The notes: a model not told the origin generated them from the letters alone. A DNA stretch of 53,599 bases from Chitinophagales bacterium (GCA_020848475.1 JADKZZ010000052.1:1-53599), one strand, 5' to 3'; shown: positions 1 through 10,472, numbered from the stretch's first letter. Made by a program: numbers and translations.

Positions 1-659
1 CACGTGCTGCAAACATCAACTATTACGATTTGCGCAACTACGTACGCTCTTATGAACTGTACACAAAACTACAAACGATTGCCACACTTGATGAAAATAA
101 AAGAGAAGCTGTTATTGGTTTAATGCGCACTTCATTTTATCTCAAAAAATATCAAGAATGTATTGACTATGCGAGTAAAGTAGCCGTATTACCAGCACTT
201 CCAGAGTTTTACAAAGCAGAAATTGCTTATTATAAAGGCATGTGTTTGTTTCAACAAAAAGACTATGATAAGTCAATTAAAGAATTAGAATATGTAGTGA
301 AAAATGCCAATAACGAACAAGCGGCAGAATCAAAATATACAGTAAGTAAAATGTATTATTTGAAAGGAAATAAAAAACAAGCGGAAAAAGAATGCAACGA
401 TTATTTAGATAAATTTCCTTCTTATGAATATTATTTAGGCAAAACGTTTATTCTACTTAGTGATATTTATAAAGACGATAAGAAGTTATTACAAGCCAAA
501 GCTACCTTGCAAAGTTTGTTAGATAACTATTCGCAAGATGATGATGTGAAAGCAGAAGCACAACAAAAATTAGATGTGATTTTAGCATCAGAAATGGAAG
601 GTTCAAAATTAAAATTACCAGACAATAGCACTCAAATGCAATTTGATAGTGGCAAATAA
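1..659 (+). CDS. TPR-repeat protein, C-terminal part (5' end upstream of window)
   Basis: Frame 3 is open from base 3 to the TAA at 657-659, so the listed TTG at 30 is internal. Helical-hairpin repeats with an A/Y/G/L pattern (AEIAYYKGMCLFQQKDYDKSI, YYLGKTFILLSDIYKDD) are typical of TPR. Confidence 0.6.
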   Translation, partial: RAANINYYDLRNYVRSYELYTKLQTIATLDENKREAVIGLMRTSFYLKKYQECIDYASKVAVLPALPEFYKAEIAYYKGMCLFQQKDYDKSIKELEYVVKNANNEQAAESKYTVSKMYYLKGNKKQAEKECNDYLDKFPSYEYYLGKTFILLSDIYKDDKKLLQAKATLQSLLDNYSQDDDVKAEAQQKLDVILASEMEGSKLKLPDNSTQMQFDSGK

Positions 660-705
660 TTTTTGAAGAATAGAAAATATTATATACGCATTAACAGCTG
701 ATAAA

Positions 706-2409
706 ATGAAAAAAATACAACATATAATCACCGTTTTTTTAAGTGTCATAGCCTTACATTCGATGGCGCAAAGTAATGTTGATACACTACCGCAATTAGA
801 TGAAGTAGATATTGTGAAGGCTTATGAGCCCATATTAATCTCATCAAATAAAGTTCCGTTTAGTCCGAATTTGCCAAATCTTTCCAAAGCAAAACCTGAT
901 GCGCAAACATATAATTATACAGATGTAAAAGGTAATGTTACTTATGGTCCAGAAGATATTAAACCAATTAAATCTGCTGGAAAAAAACCAGAGAAAAATC
1001 AATTCTTCTATGCTAAAATCGGTGCTGGTTTTCCCATCACACCACTAGTGAAACTAATAATAACAAATCCTGTCAAAACGCAATACAGTGCTGGACTAGA
1101 TCTTGATTTTATCATGACCTTTAAAAATAAAAAAGAGTATCAGAACTATACTGATTTAAAAGTGAAAGGCTTTGGTGAGTATTATGTCAAAAAGAAAGCA
1201 GCAATAGGAGCAGAGCTGTATTACAGATTGAATCAACATAAGTTTTATGGCTATGCTAATGATGTTATTTTTGATAAAGATTCGTTGAAAACAAACTTCA
1301 ATAGATTTGGCGGAGCAATTAAATTACGTGGCATCGAAGATGCCAATTATTATTACAATGGCGATGTAAACTTTGCCTCTGTAATAAATAAAAATGTATT
1401 TCATAAACCTAAAGAAATTACAGTTGGCGTTAATGCTGAAGGTGGCTATAACTTCAAGAAAAATTATTGGTTAGGTGCAAAGCTAATGATTGCAAATGTT
1501 CACTATAAAGACAACTATCAAGACACTTCTTTTTTTGCTTTCTTAAATAATCAAAATCATTTTACCATTCAGGCAATTCCGTATGGCAAAATCAAATTTA
1601 AAATATGGCAATTAAAAGCAGGACCCAATTTGATTGTAACAAACAGAAAATTTTATGTGTTGCCTGAAATTGAAAACCAATTACAGATTTACAAAGATTA
1701 TTTTGTGATGTACAATGAATGGAAAACACAAGTGAAAATAAATAGCTTACATAATTTGTCTTTAGACAATCCATTTATCGTTACTGATAATTATGATAAT
1801 GCCATCGATGAAATACGCACTATTGCTGGTTTTCGCGGAAGCGTAAAAGGTTTTGGTTATGATGTTCGCTTCAGTCAGTTGGTCTCTCGAAATCAAGCAC
1901 AATATGTGAATGAAATCTTTCAAACAACAACAGATACTTTACCACAGGCAACATTTAATTTGCAAAATGTAAATATCATTAAAGCTTGGAATCCTCATTT
2001 TGCCTTGTCTTATAACAAAGGAAGCCAATTCGGCGCTAAAGCATGGTTCGATTATTTTATTTATAATAAAAATAACGCTGCACAATTGTCTTATTTACCA
2101 AAACTAAAAGCAGGTTTTTCAGCATTTTATAATTGGAACGATAAGTTATATGTTTCACTAGATGTGACTGGTCATGGAAAAGTAAATGCCGTTCAATATA
2201 CGTACGACGATACTTTGGCTCAAACTACTACATTGATTCCAATTAAAGGATTGGTAGATGTGAATTTGTCTGCAAATTATTTCATTACTAAAAATATTGG
2301 CGTATTTGTTGATTTGAATAATTTAGGTTTTCAAAAATGGCAACGCTTTTACCGTTATCCAAGTTATAATTTCCAAGTAATTGCAGGTGTTAAACTGAGC
2401 TTCAAATAG
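706..2409 (+). CDS. outer-membrane beta-barrel protein, family not recognised
   Basis: Signal peptide MKKIQHIITVFLSVIALHSMAQS. The 567-aa protein shows alternating aromatic/polar beta-strand periodicity throughout. The C-terminus ...FQVIAGVKLSFK is like OM barrels. Confidence 0.6.
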   Translation: MKKIQHIITVFLSVIALHSMAQSNVDTLPQLDEVDIVKAYEPILISSNKVPFSPNLPNLSKAKPDAQTYNYTDVKGNVTYGPEDIKPIKSAGKKPEKNQFFYAKIGAGFPITPLVKLIITNPVKTQYSAGLDLDFIMTFKNKKEYQNYTDLKVKGFGEYYVKKKAAIGAELYYRLNQHKFYGYANDVIFDKDSLKTNFNRFGGAIKLRGIEDANYYYNGDVNFASVINKNVFHKPKEITVGVNAEGGYNFKKNYWLGAKLMIANVHYKDNYQDTSFFAFLNNQNHFTIQAIPYGKIKFKIWQLKAGPNLIVTNRKFYVLPEIENQLQIYKDYFVMYNEWKTQVKINSLHNLSLDNPFIVTDNYDNAIDEIRTIAGFRGSVKGFGYDVRFSQLVSRNQAQYVNEIFQTTTDTLPQATFNLQNVNIIKAWNPHFALSYNKGSQFGAKAWFDYFIYNKNNAAQLSYLPKLKAGFSAFYNWNDKLYVSLDVTGHGKVNAVQYTYDDTLAQTTTLIPIKGLVDVNLSANYFITKNIGVFVDLNNLGFQKWQRFYRYPSYNFQVIAGVKLSFK

Positions 2410-2445
2410 TTGTATTTGATTCATGTATTCCCATGATATACAGTC

Positions 2446-2476
2446 ATTCCCACGAAAGTGGGAATCTCTGTTTTTC
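2446..2476 (+). terminator. intrinsic terminator after the OMP gene
   Basis: Perfect 8-bp stem ATTCCCAC/GTGGGAAT with a GAAA tetraloop (2446-2465), followed by CTCTGTTTTT. Confidence 0.7.
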
Positions 2477-2597
2477 TCTTTGCCTTCCTGCTTCCACTTG
2501 TTTATTTAGATAGTACATAAGTTGGTTTGTATGTAAAGGAAAATGAAATACAGCAATCGATTTATACACATGATGTTGGATTATTGATAAAAAAAAT

Positions 2598-2605
2598 TAA
2601 CTTTG
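2598..2605 (+). promoter_or_regulatory. Bacteroidota -7 promoter box TAACTTTG
   Basis: Matches TAnnTTTG and ends 6 nt before the ATG at 2612, which implies a very short or absent leader. Confidence 0.45.
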
Positions 2606-2611
2606 CTATGT

Positions 2612-3601
2612 ATGGTAGCATTAATCCAACAATTATTATATACAAACAATTGTGTCATCATTCCAAAATTTGGCGCTTTTATCGGTAATTATGAGCCGGC
2701 TACTATTCATTTGCAAGAAAATAAAGTATTGCCACCATCAAAGTTGATTGCTTTTAATCGTTCTCTTCAAAAAAATGATGGACTGCTATTGCATTATGTG
2801 ATGGAAAAAAATGCAATCGATTATCATGAAGCAGAGTTAATGATTAACAGTTTTGCGGAGAAATGCAATAAATCTCTAGTAGAAAATAGAAGCCTGTTAT
2901 TGGCAGGCATAGGTATTTTTAAATTAGATACGGAAAATAATATTCAGTTTCAACCTTACCATACAACAAATTACAATTTAGAAAGTTTCGGCTTGCCTAC
3001 CTTATCTATTTATGCTATTCAGCGAATAAAAGATAATGAAGCACAGATAAAAAGCGACTATCAACGTAAGTTACATCCTGAATATAACACATCTATACCT
3101 GCTAAAAGCAAAACGAAAAAATGGGCTTTCTGGCTGTCAGTTGCAGTAGTTTTGGCTGCAATAGTAATTACGTCTATTCAAGTTGCTTCACAAAATAAGG
3201 TTGTGGAGCAAAATCAATCATCACTACTGCCTAGTCTTAGCAATACACCAACACTTGAGTCAGTAGCAACACCAATAGTAAATACAAGTGTAGTATCGGA
3301 AACAACAGTACAAGAAACCACAGAAGCAACAGCAAACGAAGTGCCATCTACCTCTTCTTTACCTGTTAGTAAATCTTATATAGTAATAGGTACATATTTT
3401 GACGAAGTTAGAGCTGGAAAGCTTAAATCAGAAGTAGAAGCAAAAGGTTATACTGCTGTCGTATCAAAAGATACTGAAAATGGCATTTTTAGAACAACTG
3501 TTCAAGTCGCATCTAATGATGTAGAACATGCATTACAACAAATAAAGTCCGACATTAATACACGCGCATGGATATTTTGTATTAAATGCAATTTAAACTA
3601 A
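2612..3601 (+). CDS. HU-CCDC81-like N-terminal domain / C-terminal SPOR domain protein
   Basis: N-terminus MVALIQQLLYTNNCVIIPKFGAFIGNY fits the HU-CCDC81 bacterial pattern. It has a central TM helix (WAFWLSVAVVLAAIVITSI) and a Thr/Ser-rich linker. The C-terminal SKSYIVIGTYFDEVRAGKLKSEVEAKGYTAVV...FRTTV is SPOR-like. I chose the ATG at 2612 over the track's TTG at 2603. Confidence 0.7.
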   Translation: MVALIQQLLYTNNCVIIPKFGAFIGNYEPATIHLQENKVLPPSKLIAFNRSLQKNDGLLLHYVMEKNAIDYHEAELMINSFAEKCNKSLVENRSLLLAGIGIFKLDTENNIQFQPYHTTNYNLESFGLPTLSIYAIQRIKDNEAQIKSDYQRKLHPEYNTSIPAKSKTKKWAFWLSVAVVLAAIVITSIQVASQNKVVEQNQSSLLPSLSNTPTLESVATPIVNTSVVSETTVQETTEATANEVPSTSSLPVSKSYIVIGTYFDEVRAGKLKSEVEAKGYTAVVSKDTENGIFRTTVQVASNDVEHALQQIKSDINTRAWIFCIKCNLN

Positions 3602-3639
3602 AATCAATGCGTTATAGCCGTTTTATTTCATAAACATTT

Positions 3640-4308
3640 ATGATTTCCTGTAAAAATATTCAAAAATCTTACGATCAACTGCAAGTTGTAAAAGGTGTTT
3701 CTTTTGATATACAAAAAGGAGAATTAGCCTGTATTGTTGGTCCTTCAGGTGCTGGGAAATCGACTTTATTGCATATTATTGGTACGCTAGATAAAGCAGA
3801 TGCAGGTAGTATTAGTATTAATAATCAGGAAATTTCAAGCTTAAAAGCAGCAGAATTATCTGCATTTAGAAATAAATATTTAGGATTTGTTTTTCAATTC
3901 CACCATTTATTGCCCGAATTCACTGCGCTAGAAAATGTATGTATTCCAGCATTTATTGCTAAAAAAAGCGAAAGTGAAACATTAAAACGAGCAAAAGAAT
4001 TATTAGATTTTTTAGGCTTAAAAGACCGCTTACAGCACAAGCCAAATGAGCTGTCTGGTGGCGAGCAACAACGTGTTTCTGTGGCGCGTGCGCTCATGAA
4101 TCAACCTTTACTAATATTGGCTGATGAGCCAACAGGAAACTTAGATACGGAACGAAGTGAAGAGCTACATCAACTGTTTTTTGACTTGAGAAATGAGTTC
4201 AAGCAGACATTTGTTATTGTTACTCATAATGATAAATTAGCTGACAAAGCCGATCGAAAATTAGTCATGAAAGACGGTTTAATTATTGCTGACACGACTA
4301 ATGTCTAA
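3640..4308 (+). CDS. lolD: ABC transporter ATP-binding protein, LolD/MacB-type
   Basis: Walker [11 protein letters not shown]-loop, signature LSGGEQQRV, Walker [14 protein letters not shown] and H-loop VTHN. The 222-aa size and sequence resemble the lipoprotein-release ATPase. Confidence 0.7.
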   Translation: MISCKNIQKSYDQLQVVKGVSFDIQKGELACIVGPSGAGKSTLLHIIGTLDKADAGSISINNQEISSLKAAELSAFRNKYLGFVFQFHHLLPEFTALENVCIPAFIAKKSESETLKRAKELLDFLGLKDRLQHKPNELSGGEQQRVSVARALMNQPLLILADEPTGNLDTERSEELHQLFFDLRNEFKQTFVIVTHNDKLADKADRKLVMKDGLIIADTTNV

Positions 4309-4516
4309 AATAGCAACCTGTTTTTCTTAATCATACTATAACATCAATATGTTTTTATGGTCAATTTGGACATAATTTATTCAGAAATGTTGGTATGTGT
4401 GATTTTGAAAATCGAAATCATCAATAAATTACAGAAATTGAATCTAGCTTCGTTAACTAAACGATAAATAATAAATTTTCCATCGGCACGTGTTTTAAAA
4501 ATAACAAATTAAATAC

Positions 4517-4524
4517 TATCTTTG
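4517..4524 (+). promoter_or_regulatory. -7 promoter box TATCTTTG upstream of tRNA-Arg
   Basis: Exact TAnnTTTG match 30 nt upstream of the mature tRNA 5' end. Confidence 0.5.
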
Positions 4525-4553
4525 CATTCCGAAAAAATATCTCAAAAATAGCT

Positions 4554-4627
4554 GGACCTGTAGCTTAACTGGATAGAGCATCGCACTACGGATGCGAAGG
4601 TTAGGGGTTCGACTCCCTTCAGGTTCA
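4554..4627 (+). tRNA. tRNA-Arg (anticodon ACG)
   Basis: Cloverleaf folded by hand. Acceptor GGACCTG/CAGGTTC, D-arm GCTT..GAGC, anticodon stem TCGCA/TGCGA with loop CTACGGA, T-arm AGGGG-TTCGACT-CCCTT and discriminator A. No encoded CCA, and a T-run follows. Confidence 0.9.
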
Positions 4628-4723
4628 CTAATTTTGATTTTTTTGGGAATTAACATTTGTGTATAAGGTGTTTTGAAATCTCGTTTTTTTTTACGATATT
4701 TGCACCTCTTTAAAACAGACAAC

Positions 4724-4969
4724 ATGGCAAGATTTTGCGATTTATCAGGAAAAGGTCCAATGACGGGAAATAGCGTTTCTCACTCTAACATTAAAACGAA
4801 GAGAAGATTCTATCCGAATTTACAGAAAAAAGCGTTTTTTATTCCTGAATTGGACAGATGGATTGAGTTGAAAGTTTCTACTTCAGCCATCAGAACCATC
4901 AACAAAAAAGGTATTTATTCATACCTAAAAGAATTAGAAAAAAAAGGTGAAATTCAATTAGGTTTCTAA
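4724..4969 (+). CDS. rpmB: 50S ribosomal protein L28
   Basis: [36 protein letters not shown] is the canonical bL28 N-terminus. The track's start at 4673 is a 5' extension, and the ATG at 4724 was verified. Confidence 0.93.
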   Translation: MARFCDLSGKGPMTGNSVSHSNIKTKRRFYPNLQKKAFFIPELDRWIELKVSTSAIRTINKKGIYSYLKELEKKGEIQLGF

Positions 4970-4981
4970 AAAGACACTACA

Positions 4982-5167
4982 ATGGCAAAGAAGAAAGGAA
5001 ATAGAATTCAGGTAATTTTAGAATGTACAGAGCATAAAACATCTGGTTTAGCAGGTATTTCTCGCTACATTACAACTAAAAACAGAAAAAACACACCTGA
5101 AAGAATCGAATTGAAAAAATTCAATCCGATTATGAAAAAAGTAACAGTTCATAAAGAAATAAAATAA
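4982..5167 (+). CDS. rpmG: 50S ribosomal protein L33
   Basis: [18 protein letters not shown]...[21 protein letters not shown] matches bL33. Confidence 0.93.
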   Translation: MAKKKGNRIQVILECTEHKTSGLAGISRYITTKNRKNTPERIELKKFNPIMKKVTVHKEIK

Positions 5168-5173
5168 TAAGTC

Positions 5174-5344
5174 ATGGCTAAAGTATCCAAAAACGCGAAA
5201 GTTGATAGAGGTAAAAATGTAGGTGAATCAAAAAACATGGTGAAAATCATCAAATTTGTTCGCTCTGCAAAAACAGGTGCTTATTCTACTCGTGAAAAAG
5301 TAGTACACAAAGACTTGTTGCAAGACACTGTTAAAAGTCTATAA
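5174..5344 (+). CDS. DUF4295 small basic protein (probable Bacteroidota ribosomal protein bL38)
   Basis: Not in the ORF track because it is under 60 aa. ATG at 5174 and TAA at 5342-5344 give 56 aa, MAKVSKNAKVDRGKNVGESKNMVKIIKFVRSAKTGAYSTREKVVHKDLLQDTVKSL. It sits 6 nt after rpmG and is followed by a terminator. The position and sequence are typical of DUF4295. Confidence 0.8.
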   Translation: MAKVSKNAKVDRGKNVGESKNMVKIIKFVRSAKTGAYSTREKVVHKDLLQDTVKSL

Positions 5345-5368
5345 TTGATTTTAAATCAATAATAATAT

Positions 5369-5396
5369 AGCTTCTCCATCATGAGAGGCTTTTTTG
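5369..5396 (+). terminator. intrinsic terminator of the rpmB-rpmG-DUF4295 operon
   Basis: Stem AGCTTCTC/GAGAGGCT (one G:U pair), 6-nt loop, then TTTTT. Confidence 0.7.
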
Positions 5397-5438
5397 TTTA
5401 TATTTGATTGTTATTCATCCACCATTAAACCTTGAAAA

Positions 5439-6416
5439 TTGGGAATTTTTGATAAAATCTTTGGTAAAACCAAATCTGAAGAAGAAATTAAAATTGAAGA
5501 AAAACAACTCAACGAAGGTTTGGAGAAAACAAAACAAGGTTTTTTCTCTAAAATTTCTAAAGCTGTTGCCGGAAAATCTACTGTTGATATCGAATTCTTA
5601 GATGAGTTAGAAGAAATCTTAATTTCGTCTGATGTCGGACTTTCTACTACCATAAAAATTATTGATAGGTTAGAAGCTCGTGTGTCAAGAGATAAATATT
5701 TGAACACGAATGAGCTGAATAAGATATTGAAAGATGAAATTGGCAATATTTTAGCTGAAAACAACACTGTTGACTTATTAAATTTTGCTCCAAACACAGA
5801 TAAAAAACCACATGTAATCATGGTGGTTGGTGTCAATGGTGTTGGCAAAACAACGACGATTGGAAAATTAGCTTATCAATTAAAAAAGGAAGGCAAAGAA
5901 GTGCTTTTAGGTGCCGCAGATACGTTTAGAGCTGCCGCCGTTGACCAACTGACCATTTGGAGTGAGCGCGTTGGTGTGCCAATTGTAAAACAAGCAATGG
6001 GCTCTGATCCTGCAGCTGTCGCCTTTGACACTGTTCAAAGTGGAATAGCAAAAAATGCAGATGTTGTCATTATCGATACTGCTGGTCGCTTGCATAACAA
6101 ACAAGGACTGATGGATGAACTTTCCAAAATTAAAAAAGTAATGTCTAAGCTTATTCCTGATGCACCTCATGAAGTACTTTTGGTGTTAGATGCTTCAACT
6201 GGTCAAAATGCATTAGAACAAGCCAAACATTTTTCTGCAGCTACGCAAGTAACGGCATTGGCGCTGACAAAATTAGATGGTACAGCAAAAGGTGGTGTAG
6301 TTTTAAGTATCGCTGATGAATTTAAAATTCCAATTAAATATATTGGATTAGGCGAAAAAATGGAACAACTACAAGTATTTAATCGCAAAGTGTTTATCGA
6401 AACATTGTTTGAGTAA
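5439..6416 (+). CDS. ftsY: signal recognition particle receptor FtsY
   Basis: N-terminus [10 protein letters not shown] (TTG start), NG domain with [21 protein letters not shown] and [10 protein letters not shown] motifs. Confidence 0.92.
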   Translation: MGIFDKIFGKTKSEEEIKIEEKQLNEGLEKTKQGFFSKISKAVAGKSTVDIEFLDELEEILISSDVGLSTTIKIIDRLEARVSRDKYLNTNELNKILKDEIGNILAENNTVDLLNFAPNTDKKPHVIMVVGVNGVGKTTTIGKLAYQLKKEGKEVLLGAADTFRAAAVDQLTIWSERVGVPIVKQAMGSDPAAVAFDTVQSGIAKNADVVIIDTAGRLHNKQGLMDELSKIKKVMSKLIPDAPHEVLLVLDASTGQNALEQAKHFSAATQVTALALTKLDGTAKGGVVLSIADEFKIPIKYIGLGEKMEQLQVFNRKVFIETLFE

Positions 6417-6493
6417 ATTTTTGCCTTTTGATACAAATTCTATTTCTCATCGTATATTTTAAATATTATAATAGATAGTGGCAAAGCCAAATA

Positions 6494-7441
6494 ATGAGAA
6501 AAATTTTTTGCATATTTATTTTACTAGTCCAGTTTATACTGAGCTTTTCCCAAAAATCAGTATCTTATTATCGCACTATAGAATATTTTGATAAAACAGA
6601 TAGCGCTAAAAATTATGCTGTTTTTTATCGCCCGAATGGTCCTGCCAAAAAGATGTTGATTCTACTTACTGGCTTCGGAGAATCGCCACAAATTGCAGAA
6701 ATTGAAACCAATATTCCTGAAATTGCTGCATCAAAAGGTATATTAACAGCCATTATCTGTAATACTGATGGTAGTCAGTCTTTTTCTATTGATGGCAATG
6801 CACAGCATTATTTAGATAGCATTATTCCCTTACTATTGACGCGCAACAATATTCCAAACGATGCCTATTATATTGGTGGTTTTTCTTTAGGTGGCGCATC
6901 AGCCATTAAGTATGTTCAACATTGCAATATCTATGATATTCAACCCATGCCAAAGGCTGTATTTACTATCGATCCGCCATTAGATTTTGTTCGCTTGCAT
7001 AAAATATATGAACATTGGAAGAACGACACCTCAAAATGGTATAACACGAATAAACCACTATACACCATTTACTTGGATAAAATGCATACTTTTTTCAAAG
7101 GAAATTTGAACGATGCATTTGAAAATTATGTAAACCTATCGCCTTATTGTTATGAAGACAGCAATAATTATGGTGCAAGATTATTTGGGAAAATGCCATT
7201 ACTCACTTACTGCGAGCCTGATATTGATTGGGCAATGAATGAAAAAAGATGGAATTTGTATGAGTTAAATTTGGCTGATAATGTTGGTTTTATTAATGAA
7301 TTAAAGCAATTGGGAAATACGAATACTTCTTTAATATTAACTAAAGGAAAAGGATATCGCAAAGTATTAAAATATAAACAACCTCACTCATGGTCAATTG
7401 CCGATGCGAATGAAGTTGTGAAATGGTTGTTGAAATTCTGA
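6494..7441 (+). CDS. secreted alpha/beta-fold hydrolase (esterase-like)
   Basis: Signal peptide followed by the nucleophile elbow GGFSLGG (GxSxG). Substrate unknown. Confidence 0.6.
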   Translation: MRKIFCIFILLVQFILSFSQKSVSYYRTIEYFDKTDSAKNYAVFYRPNGPAKKMLILLTGFGESPQIAEIETNIPEIAASKGILTAIICNTDGSQSFSIDGNAQHYLDSIIPLLLTRNNIPNDAYYIGGFSLGGASAIKYVQHCNIYDIQPMPKAVFTIDPPLDFVRLHKIYEHWKNDTSKWYNTNKPLYTIYLDKMHTFFKGNLNDAFENYVNLSPYCYEDSNNYGARLFGKMPLLTYCEPDIDWAMNEKRWNLYELNLADNVGFINELKQLGNTNTSLILTKGKGYRKVLKYKQPHSWSIADANEVVKWLLKF

Positions 7442-7469
7442 TTTAATTATCGCATAAAACCAAAATTCG

Positions 7470-7477
7470 TACCTTTG
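7470..7477 (+). promoter_or_regulatory. -7 promoter box TACCTTTG upstream of rimO
   Basis: TAnnTTTG match ending 8 nt before the ATG at 7486. Confidence 0.45.
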
Positions 7478-7485
7478 TACTGCAA

Positions 7486-8796
7486 ATGAAAACAAAATCG
7501 CATACAAAAGATAAGTATAATGTCATCACTTTAGGTTGCTCTAAAAATGCTGTCGATTCAGAAGTGTTAGTGGCACAATTAAAACATAACGAGTTTGATG
7601 TAGAACATCAATCAACAAGTAAAGATGCCAATATTATTATTGTCAATACCTGCGGTTTTATTGATAGAGCCAAAGAAGAATCGATTAATACTATTCTTTC
7701 GTTTGCTGAACAAAAAGATAAAGGACGTATTGATAAATTATATGTGACAGGTTGCCTGTCACAACGTTATAAAGACGATTTAGAACAAGAAATTCCACAA
7801 GTAGATGCCTATTTTGGTACTTTGGAACTGCCACAACTTTTGCAAAAATTAAATGCAGATTATAAACACGAACTTGTTGGCGAACGTGTATTGACAACGC
7901 CACAACATTATGCATATTTAAAAATTTCGGAAGGCTGCAATAGAACGTGTACGTTCTGCGCTATTCCAATCATGCGTGGAAAACATGTATCTAAATCAAT
8001 AGAAGACATTGTTGCAGAAGCAAAAAATCTTGCTAAACAAGGCGTTAAAGAAATCATGTTGATTGCGCAAGAATTAACGTATTATGGTTTAGATATTTAC
8101 AAAGAACGTGCACTTTCAAAATTGTTATATGCACTAAATGAACTCGAAGGAATCGAATGGATTCGTTTGCATTATGCCTATCCTTCCAAATTTCCTTTAG
8201 ATATTTTAGATGCAATTAAAGACTGTGATAAAGTTTGTAAGTACTTAGATTTGCCATTACAACATGCGAATAACAATGTGCTGAAGCGTATGCAACGCCA
8301 GATTACACAAGAAGAAACCAAAGCATTAATTCAACACATTCGTACTAAAATTCCAAATATTGCTATTCGCACTACAATGTTAGTTGGTTTTCCTGGTGAA
8401 ACAGAAGATGATTTCAATGATTTATGTGCATTTATAGAAGAAATGAAATTTGAGCGATTAGGTGTTTTTCAATATTCACATGAAGACGATACCGCAGCTT
8501 TTGAATTAGATGATGATATCGACGCTGATACAAAAGAAGAGCGTGCAGCGAAGCTAATGCAAGTGCAACAAGAAATTTCTTTTTTGAAAAATGAAGAAAA
8601 AATAGGCAATACTTTCAAAGTCCTTATCGACCGAAAAGAAGGTGGCTATTTTATTGGAAGAACAGAATACGATTCACCAGAAGTAGATAATGAAGTATTG
8701 CTTGATGCCAATAAAAATTATTGCCGCATCGGCGATTTCTGTATGGCAAAAATTACAGATGCTACTGATTTCGATTTATATGCTGAACTTGTGTGA
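7486..8796 (+). CDS. rimO: ribosomal protein S12 methylthiotransferase RimO
   Basis: MTTase N-domain cysteines (LGCSKN, NTCGF), radical-SAM CNRTCTFC, C-terminal TRAM domain, and about 436 aa, which is RimO-sized. Confidence 0.88.
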   Translation: MKTKSHTKDKYNVITLGCSKNAVDSEVLVAQLKHNEFDVEHQSTSKDANIIIVNTCGFIDRAKEESINTILSFAEQKDKGRIDKLYVTGCLSQRYKDDLEQEIPQVDAYFGTLELPQLLQKLNADYKHELVGERVLTTPQHYAYLKISEGCNRTCTFCAIPIMRGKHVSKSIEDIVAEAKNLAKQGVKEIMLIAQELTYYGLDIYKERALSKLLYALNELEGIEWIRLHYAYPSKFPLDILDAIKDCDKVCKYLDLPLQHANNNVLKRMQRQITQEETKALIQHIRTKIPNIAIRTTMLVGFPGETEDDFNDLCAFIEEMKFERLGVFQYSHEDDTAAFELDDDIDADTKEERAAKLMQVQQEISFLKNEEKIGNTFKVLIDRKEGGYFIGRTEYDSPEVDNEVLLDANKNYCRIGDFCMAKITDATDFDLYAELV

Positions 8797-8834
8797 CAAT
8801 ATTTTGTTTATTATTGCTTTTCTAAATTCACAAA

Positions 8835-10427
8835 GTGCAAGAAATAAATATTTCTTTTTCTGAAACAGGCATGTTTTCCAAGCTAATATTGGACTACGTA
8901 AACAGCGCCGAAACTACACACTTATTTTATAATTATTCTCTGGATATCAATGCTATTCAACAAGCAATTACAGACAAGCAAAATGAAAAAATTGACAGAG
9001 ATAATTTAGTGCAGACAATTCAAAGGCAATATGCGAACATCGAACTTTCAGATGCTGTCGCAAGTAACATTAATTGCTTATCCAATTCCAATTCATATTG
9101 TATAGTTACTGCACATCAACTCAATATTTTTGGCGGCCCATTGTATTATATTTATAAAATAGCTCAAACAATTTCTACTTGTCAGCAATTAAAATTAAAA
9201 TATCCAGATATTAATTTTGTTCCTATTTATTGGTTAGGAAGTGAAGACCATGATTTTGAAGAAATTAATCACATCTATTTATACAATAAAAAAATTGAAT
9301 GGCAAGATAAACAAGGTGGCGCAACTGGAAACTATAATCCAGAAAGTATATTGCCTTTAATTGATGAAATAAAATCAATATTACACGTTGATGAGGATAA
9401 TGATTTAATACAGCTATTTCGAAGTGCTTATGCTCAAAATTCATTGACAAATGCAACACGATATTTATTACATTCTCTCTTTGGAAAATATGGATTAGTC
9501 ATTGTTGATGGCAATGATGCTAGTTTTAAACAGGCTTTTTCTGATGTCATGCAAGATGAGTTATTGCAGCAACAATCAATAACATTGGTAGAACAGCAAT
9601 TGCAATTACTGGCTTCAAAAGGCTATAAACAACAAGCTTTCCCACGTACAGTTAATTTGTTTTATTTATTCAAAAATGCTCGCGAGCGTATTGAATTTAA
9701 TGCTTCGACATCTACATACAGTGTTGTTAATACGAATATCACTTTCTCGCAAAATGAAATATTAGACGAGTTGAAAAATAATCCAGAACGCTTTTCTCCA
9801 AATGTAATTTTGCGTCCGCTATTTCAACAAAAGATATTGCCAGCATTGGCTTACATTGGTGGCGCTGGCGAAATTAGTTATTGGCTACAACTGAAAACAT
9901 TATTCCTACATTACAAAGTTAATTTCCCGCAATTAATCGTTCGCAATTCTGTTTTGTTGACTAACGAAACATTGACAAAAAAGATTATGAAATTAGGTTT
10001 CACAACGCAAGATTTTTTTCAAGAGATTGACCTATTGAAAAAAAATTATATTGAAAAAAATACAGCTACGGACTTAGATTTCTCTAACTATAAACACGAA
10101 GTAGAAAAAGTTTTTAGTGAGATAAAAAAGAATACACAATCAATAGATGTAAGCTTGGTAAATGTGGTTGGTGCGGAACAACAAAAAGCGTTGCAAAGTA
10201 TTGACGCTATTCAAAAACGCTTACTAAAATCATTAAAACAAAAAAATGAAAATGAATTATTGCAAATAGAAAAATTGAAACAGCAATTGTTTCCAAATCA
10301 ATCATTGCAAGAACGTGTTGAAAATTTTTCTTCGTACTATGTAAAATATGGACAATCATTTATAGATGAATTAATCCAACGATTTGATATATATAACAAG
10401 CAATTTTTGCTGTTAACTACTATTTAA
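8835..10427 (+). CDS. bshC: bacillithiol biosynthesis cysteine-adding enzyme BshC
   Basis: 530 aa with a GTG start. The N-terminal ISFSETGMFSKLILDYV, the YIGGAGEISYWLQLK motif and a C-terminal coiled coil are as I recall for BshC/YllA. Confidence 0.8.
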   Translation: MQEINISFSETGMFSKLILDYVNSAETTHLFYNYSLDINAIQQAITDKQNEKIDRDNLVQTIQRQYANIELSDAVASNINCLSNSNSYCIVTAHQLNIFGGPLYYIYKIAQTISTCQQLKLKYPDINFVPIYWLGSEDHDFEEINHIYLYNKKIEWQDKQGGATGNYNPESILPLIDEIKSILHVDEDNDLIQLFRSAYAQNSLTNATRYLLHSLFGKYGLVIVDGNDASFKQAFSDVMQDELLQQQSITLVEQQLQLLASKGYKQQAFPRTVNLFYLFKNARERIEFNASTSTYSVVNTNITFSQNEILDELKNNPERFSPNVILRPLFQQKILPALAYIGGAGEISYWLQLKTLFLHYKVNFPQLIVRNSVLLTNETLTKKIMKLGFTTQDFFQEIDLLKKNYIEKNTATDLDFSNYKHEVEKVFSEIKKNTQSIDVSLVNVVGAEQQKALQSIDAIQKRLLKSLKQKNENELLQIEKLKQQLFPNQSLQERVENFSSYYVKYGQSFIDELIQRFDIYNKQFLLLTTI

Positions 10428-10472
10428 TGTATTTCAATATAATTTAGGTACGTTTTTTGCGTTACAGCAAAT

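Noticed and set aside
4695-4702. GATATTTG as the rpmB promoter box
   Set aside because: The first base deviates from TAnnTTTG, and the operon may be read through from the tRNA promoter. The evidence is too weak to list as a feature.
4516-4725. 69-aa minus-strand ORF
   Set aside because: It is antisense to tRNA-Arg and to the rpmB start. It is an artefact of the stop-poor reverse frame.
5411-5848. 145-aa minus-strand ORF, plus the other antisense or alternate-frame ORFs of 60-90 aa listed in the track (e.g. 3894-4097, 5907-6170, 12773-13015, 28801-29413, 40140-40473, 50428-50952)
   Set aside because: All lie inside well-supported genes on the opposite strand or in another frame. Their composition is skewed and low-complexity, and I recognise no motifs.
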